Origin: Candidatus Hermodarchaeota archaeon
Lineage (GTDB): Archaea > Asgardarchaeota > Lokiarchaeia > Sigyniarchaeales > SOKP01
DNA: 21,540 nt
Assembly: GCA_048885535.1 (NCBI GenBank)
Contig: JBHLLO010000052.1
Location: 1-21,540, forward strand
Direction: 5' to 3'
The first letter of the stretch is position 1. Each line of letters starts with the position of its first letter. The position numbers were made by a program, and so were the translations under genes. Positions 17,854 to 21,540 of the stretch are shown here, one piece after another. Under the pieces are notes generated by a model. The model worked only from the letters and a program-made list of their open reading frames with translations. It had not been told where the DNA came from and ran no database searches.

Positions 17854-20249
17854 TAAGTGGAGTTAAAAGAAGATCAACTGCTATAGAAAGCACGTACCGA
17901 TATTTTCAGACAGTTGACTTAATTCTCTCGCATTTTAAACGAGCTACAGATAGGGAAAAAATTTTTGAATTAATTGGAACTACCTCTCATCTTAATAAAA
18001 TTCTCATAGCTACCGCCTCAATTCACCTATATCATAATTATGGAATTAGATTTCCAAAAAAAATTAAAGTGGAACATTTTTCTGATAAAATTGCCCGAGA
18101 CATTGAAATTAATGAAAAAAAAATATTATTAGAAGAAATTGAGTTCTTATTAAAAGATTCCTTTTATTTAGAGATTGATTTGTTTAATAAAATAATTGAT
18201 ATTGAAAATTTGTTTATATCTTTATTAATTGAAGAGAGAGAATCTTCTTTTAGTGAGCATCTGAAAAGTGAAAAATTAAAACAAATTGACCAAAAAATTG
18301 AAGATGAACTACTAGGAATAATAAAAAGTTATCCTGCTCTTTACTTCTACGATTTTTTAGGTGATCTAATGGGATTCACTGATCAAACAAAAAGGGAAAT
18401 CTTAGAGGAGAGTTCAGCATTCAAAGCCCTTTCAGTAGATATTGAAAAAAAACTTGATTCACAAGAAAGAGAAGATAAATTCATCGAATTATCGACATTA
18501 AATCGATTGATAAGTAAGATACACACAATTTTTGAATTTAAATCTTATAAGGAATTACAAATACAAGCTATGCCCATTAGAATGATCAAAAGAAGAATTT
18601 TAGATTTTGAATTTAACAAATATCCAATTTCCATACCTGGATTAAAAACATTTCAAAAAGGAAATGCTATAAAAAAAGAGTTAGTTAATATCATAAAGGA
18701 AGCTCTCAAAGAACCAACAAATTATGAGAATTTTGAAGATAAAGTCTTAACTTTCTTAAAAAGAGAAATAATAAATCAACTTAAAACCAGTCCAAATGAT
18801 TTTATTTATTTAATTCAAAACCTTTATGATTTTTCTTTTGAGGAAATAATGTATCAGTTGAATAAATGTGGGATTTATGATATAATGCATTTAATTAATG
18901 TCGATTATGAATTAATCACAAATATCAAAAAATTCATGATTAAATATAACATCAAAAAACAAGACTTTTTAGCTTTAAACGATAAAAACAGAAATTTAGT
19001 AAATCTCGCAAAAAAAAAAATTGTAAACCTTGACTTTACTTTTTTAAAAAGGATTTTAGAACCTTTTGATAATATAACTGAATTTAATCTCCTTAAGTTA
19101 TTATATCGAGACGATTTAGAATTAAAGGAACTATGGGAAGTTTTAGAAAAAGGTACTGGAACGTCAATCAATGACTTAAGAGAATTTGCACGAAAGAAAC
19201 AGATTGTTGATAGAGCATTTTTTCAGGAATTAGGGCTAAATAATTATGATCAAATTATCACCTTATTAAATTTTGATGAGATCATTGGAAATATAATAAC
19301 TGATATTTTTTACTATATTATTTCCAAAATACTCAGGCAATTAAGTAGGATAATTGAATCATATAACAAAATTAATGACGATAAGGGTTTGATCCTACAA
19401 GGCTTAAAAAAAATTGATGGAACTTTAGAAGATGAAGATTGGATAAATATCAAATTGGAAGAACTAATTATCACGCGGATAATGAGAAGGCAACAGGAGT
19501 TTGTAATTATTTTCAACGCGCTAAACCAAGTTTTTCTAGTGAATGGTTTCATCTTTTCACGTTTAACTGATAAACCTTTAGAAGAGGCAATAATTGAATT
19601 AAGAGATACTCCCAGTTTGATTTATTTACCCATTAAACACTTAAAACTTCAAGCCAATCTAATTTCTCCTATTTCTTATTGCATTGCTTATGATATAATT
19701 AAGAGATTAGAGTACTTTGAGAAGAAACGTAAAAATGAAGTTGATGAGATAATTAAAAGCGAGAAAAGAGAAAGTGAAAAGAAAAGGCAAGAGATATTAG
19801 AAAAACAAAAAGAAAGTACATTAAATTGGATTGAAAGAAGAGTGACCTCCTCCTTAATGGGAATAAGTCGTCCTGGTATAAATCCAAATCAATTTTATTG
19901 GCAAGAAAAAGATACAAAAATAGCAATAGACAATATAAAGTTACATAGTGAATTAACTGATAATCCTTATGTAGGATTTTGTGAATACTATAACTTTGTT
20001 GTTAAAAAAATAGGATCATTCCAACTTAATATAATTTTACCTACTAAGGAAGAAATTGAAAAAGAAACGAAAATCATAATCGAGAAAGCATTAATTCAAC
20101 GATTGAACAAAAAACCCAATACTGATGATATAAAAACAATGTTAGATGGTGAGAGATATCTAATTGCAAAAAAAATATCTATTAAGATCGGAGAGATGTT
20201 AGATAAAGCATTATATATAAAATTTAAAATTAAGAGGAAAAGTAAATAA
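17850..20249 (+). CDS. Hypothetical protein, 799 aa, mostly helical with a charged coiled-coil near the C-terminus
   Basis: ATGA overlap with the upstream gene; EKKRKNEVDEIIKSEKRESEKKRQEILEKQKE segment; no motif recognised. Confidence 0.85.
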   Translation: MISGVKRRSTAIESTYRYFQTVDLILSHFKRATDREKIFELIGTTSHLNKILIATASIHLYHNYGIRFPKKIKVEHFSDKIARDIEINEKKILLEEIEFLLKDSFYLEIDLFNKIIDIENLFISLLIEERESSFSEHLKSEKLKQIDQKIEDELLGIIKSYPALYFYDFLGDLMGFTDQTKREILEESSAFKALSVDIEKKLDSQEREDKFIELSTLNRLISKIHTIFEFKSYKELQIQAMPIRMIKRRILDFEFNKYPISIPGLKTFQKGNAIKKELVNIIKEALKEPTNYENFEDKVLTFLKREIINQLKTSPNDFIYLIQNLYDFSFEEIMYQLNKCGIYDIMHLINVDYELITNIKKFMIKYNIKKQDFLALNDKNRNLVNLAKKKIVNLDFTFLKRILEPFDNITEFNLLKLLYRDDLELKELWEVLEKGTGTSINDLREFARKKQIVDRAFFQELGLNNYDQIITLLNFDEIIGNIITDIFYYIISKILRQLSRIIESYNKINDDKGLILQGLKKIDGTLEDEDWINIKLEELIITRIMRRQQEFVIIFNALNQVFLVNGFIFSRLTDKPLEEAIIELRDTPSLIYLPIKHLKLQANLISPISYCIAYDIIKRLEYFEKKRKNEVDEIIKSEKRESEKKRQEILEKQKESTLNWIERRVTSSLMGISRPGINPNQFYWQEKDTKIAIDNIKLHSELTDNPYVGFCEYYNFVVKKIGSFQLNIILPTKEEIEKETKIIIEKALIQRLNKKPNTDDIKTMLDGERYLIAKKISIKIGEMLDKALYIKFKIKRKSK

Positions 20250-20332
20250 CCTTATATTTAAAAATTTTAACGCATATTTACATCTTAAATTTGATTAACC
20301 AAATTTAAAATCTATAAAAGATTACTTAAATT

Positions 20333-20602
20333 ATGTCTTTACTTAAAAAACAACTAAACCAATTGCGCCTTTCATTTTCTCAAGTCATAAAAGGTTTCAT
20401 TTTATTTATTTTGAGTTCTTCTGGTTTAGGTTTTGCTATAATATTGAGATATCTTAATTCTAATGGGACAATTATCGCATTTGGTGGCATTTTAGTTGAA
20501 GCTATTGCTATAATATTAATTTATTTTTTGTTTAGGAAGTATTTTAAAGAAAAAAAGGAGCCTACAACAAAAAAAGACAAAAAAAGTCAGTTCTACGAGT
20601 AA
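20333..20602 (+). CDS. Small 2-TM membrane protein with basic C-tail
   Basis: 89-aa ATG ORF filling the gap; two hydrophobic helices then RKYFKEKKEPTTKKDKK. Confidence 0.7.
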   Translation: MSLLKKQLNQLRLSFSQVIKGFILFILSSSGLGFAIILRYLNSNGTIIAFGGILVEAIAIILIYFLFRKYFKEKKEPTTKKDKKSQFYE

Positions 20603-20611
20603 AACCTATGG

Positions 20612-21352
20612 TTAAATATATTGTTCCCATAATCTATTATCTATATTGCGTAATTTCAGATATTCCTTAATATCACTTAATAATATATTTGGATCATATT
20701 CCCAGGCACAATATTTATTGAACGATATACATCTAATATGATCAATATTTAAAACTGACTTTAATAGAAGCCCATAAGTCGCAACTTGGGGTAAAGAATA
20801 CATAAAATTCCCTTCTGGCTTATAGTCAATTACTTTAATCGTATTATCTTGAATTTGGATAAGATCTATATGTCCAGTAATAGCTTTATTATTGATCTTT
20901 CTCCAGATTGGTATTTCAGTAGCAATAGAATCCTTATCCTTGATTAATATATATTTTAAAATGGGTCCATGTCCTGGATTTACGAGAATTCCATCATTCT
21001 TGAAATTTAAATGAACTTTCAGGGCATACTGTGGCAATTTTGAATTCGCATCAAGATAGGCAATTTTCCCTTCTCGTATTAATTTTTTACTAAAACTTCC
21101 AAGAAATAAATACTTTATACCTGTAATCTTGAATCTAGATACTCTAGGTAAAGATCTTGAATTAAATAGACTATTTGGAATCTTACCTTGATAAATTCGA
21201 TTGAAATATTTCCCAAGTCTTATAAATTCAGTTCGATAAGGATTAAGTGGAGATAATTTCTGTTTATGGTTTTGAATATTCCAATTAAAAGCATATGGAA
21301 TTTTCTGATGAATGAAGATTTTGTTTTTAATAGATTGTTGATATATTGTCAT
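20612..21352 (-). CDS. PD-(D/E)XK nuclease family protein (RecB-like nuclease domain)
   Basis: ATEIPIW...ITGHIDLIQI...KVIDYKP...QVATYG gives the E, GxID, DYK and QxxxY motifs; no Cas4-type four-Cys set. Confidence 0.85.
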   Translation of the reverse strand: MTIYQQSIKNKIFIHQKIPYAFNWNIQNHKQKLSPLNPYRTEFIRLGKYFNRIYQGKIPNSLFNSRSLPRVSRFKITGIKYLFLGSFSKKLIREGKIAYLDANSKLPQYALKVHLNFKNDGILVNPGHGPILKYILIKDKDSIATEIPIWRKINNKAITGHIDLIQIQDNTIKVIDYKPEGNFMYSLPQVATYGLLLKSVLNIDHIRCISFNKYCAWEYDPNILLSDIKEYLKLRNIDNRLWEQYI

Positions 21353-21463
21353 CTAAGCATTATTTATATTTTAAATTTAAAAAAATATGTATATTAATGA
21401 TTAATTAATTTGTAGAAATATTTTTACTTAATTTTATTAAGAACTCATTTTTATAATAGCGAG

Positions 21464-21538
21464 CGGACCTGGCAGGATTCGAACCTGCGACTTTCGGATT
21501 AGAAGTCCGACGCCCTATCCATGCTAGGCTACAGGTCC
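21464..21538 (-). tRNA. tRNA-Arg (anticodon UCU), intronless, CCA not encoded
   Basis: GGACCTG TA GCCT AGCATGGATA GGGC G TCGGA CTTCTAA TCCGA AAGTC GCAGG TTCGAAT CCTGC CAGGTCC G forms a full cloverleaf. Confidence 0.97.
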
Positions 21539-21540
21539 TT

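Noticed and set aside
19010-19020. A11 homopolymer (also an A10 run near 9475) as a phase-variation or frameshift site
   Set aside because: Frames are intact and poly-Lys AAA runs are expected at this AT content.
16695-19552. Three short minus-strand ORFs (63, 88 and 79 aa)
   Set aside because: Antisense to the two long genes; no independent support.
20612-21352. Cas4/CRISPR interpretation of the nuclease
   Set aside because: Lacks the four-Cys Fe-S pattern; no repeat-spacer array or other cas genes in the window.
21464-21500. att-site duplication of the tRNA 3' end marking an integrated element
   Set aside because: No second copy found by eye in the window and no integrase; the leftward genes look chromosomal.

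Overview
Strongly AT-rich archaeal chromosomal segment, most likely from an Asgard archaeon (Lokiarchaeia-like). This is inferred from the combination of Rpp30/Pop5, archaeal Rqc2, a Roadblock/LC7 protein, an EMC6-like membrane protein and very large lineage-specific ORFs. From left to right: a partial DUF39/methanogenesis-marker-16-type gene; an rnp3-rnp2 operon with two uncharacterised genes; a 1198-aa protein with apparent repeated Lrp/AsnC-like modules, divergent from an MFS transporter; a DOMON/CBM9-like membrane protein, a membrane protein and a GDPD; rqc2 head-to-head with an EMC6-like gene across a palindromic spacer; pyrI; a dolichol/phytol-kinase-like gene; a Roadblock gene; two coupled ~770-800-aa helical proteins with a small 2-TM protein; a PD-(D/E)XK nuclease; and tRNA-Arg(UCU). 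The ORF track misses the N-terminal half of the Roadblock gene, which has no canonical start (ATG GTG ATT TAG ATT...). The best candidate for an undescribed system is the Roadblock / longin-like 769-aa / 799-aa / 2-TM cluster. No CRISPR array, rRNA or intact mobile element was seen. All family calls are from motif recognition by eye, not database searches.
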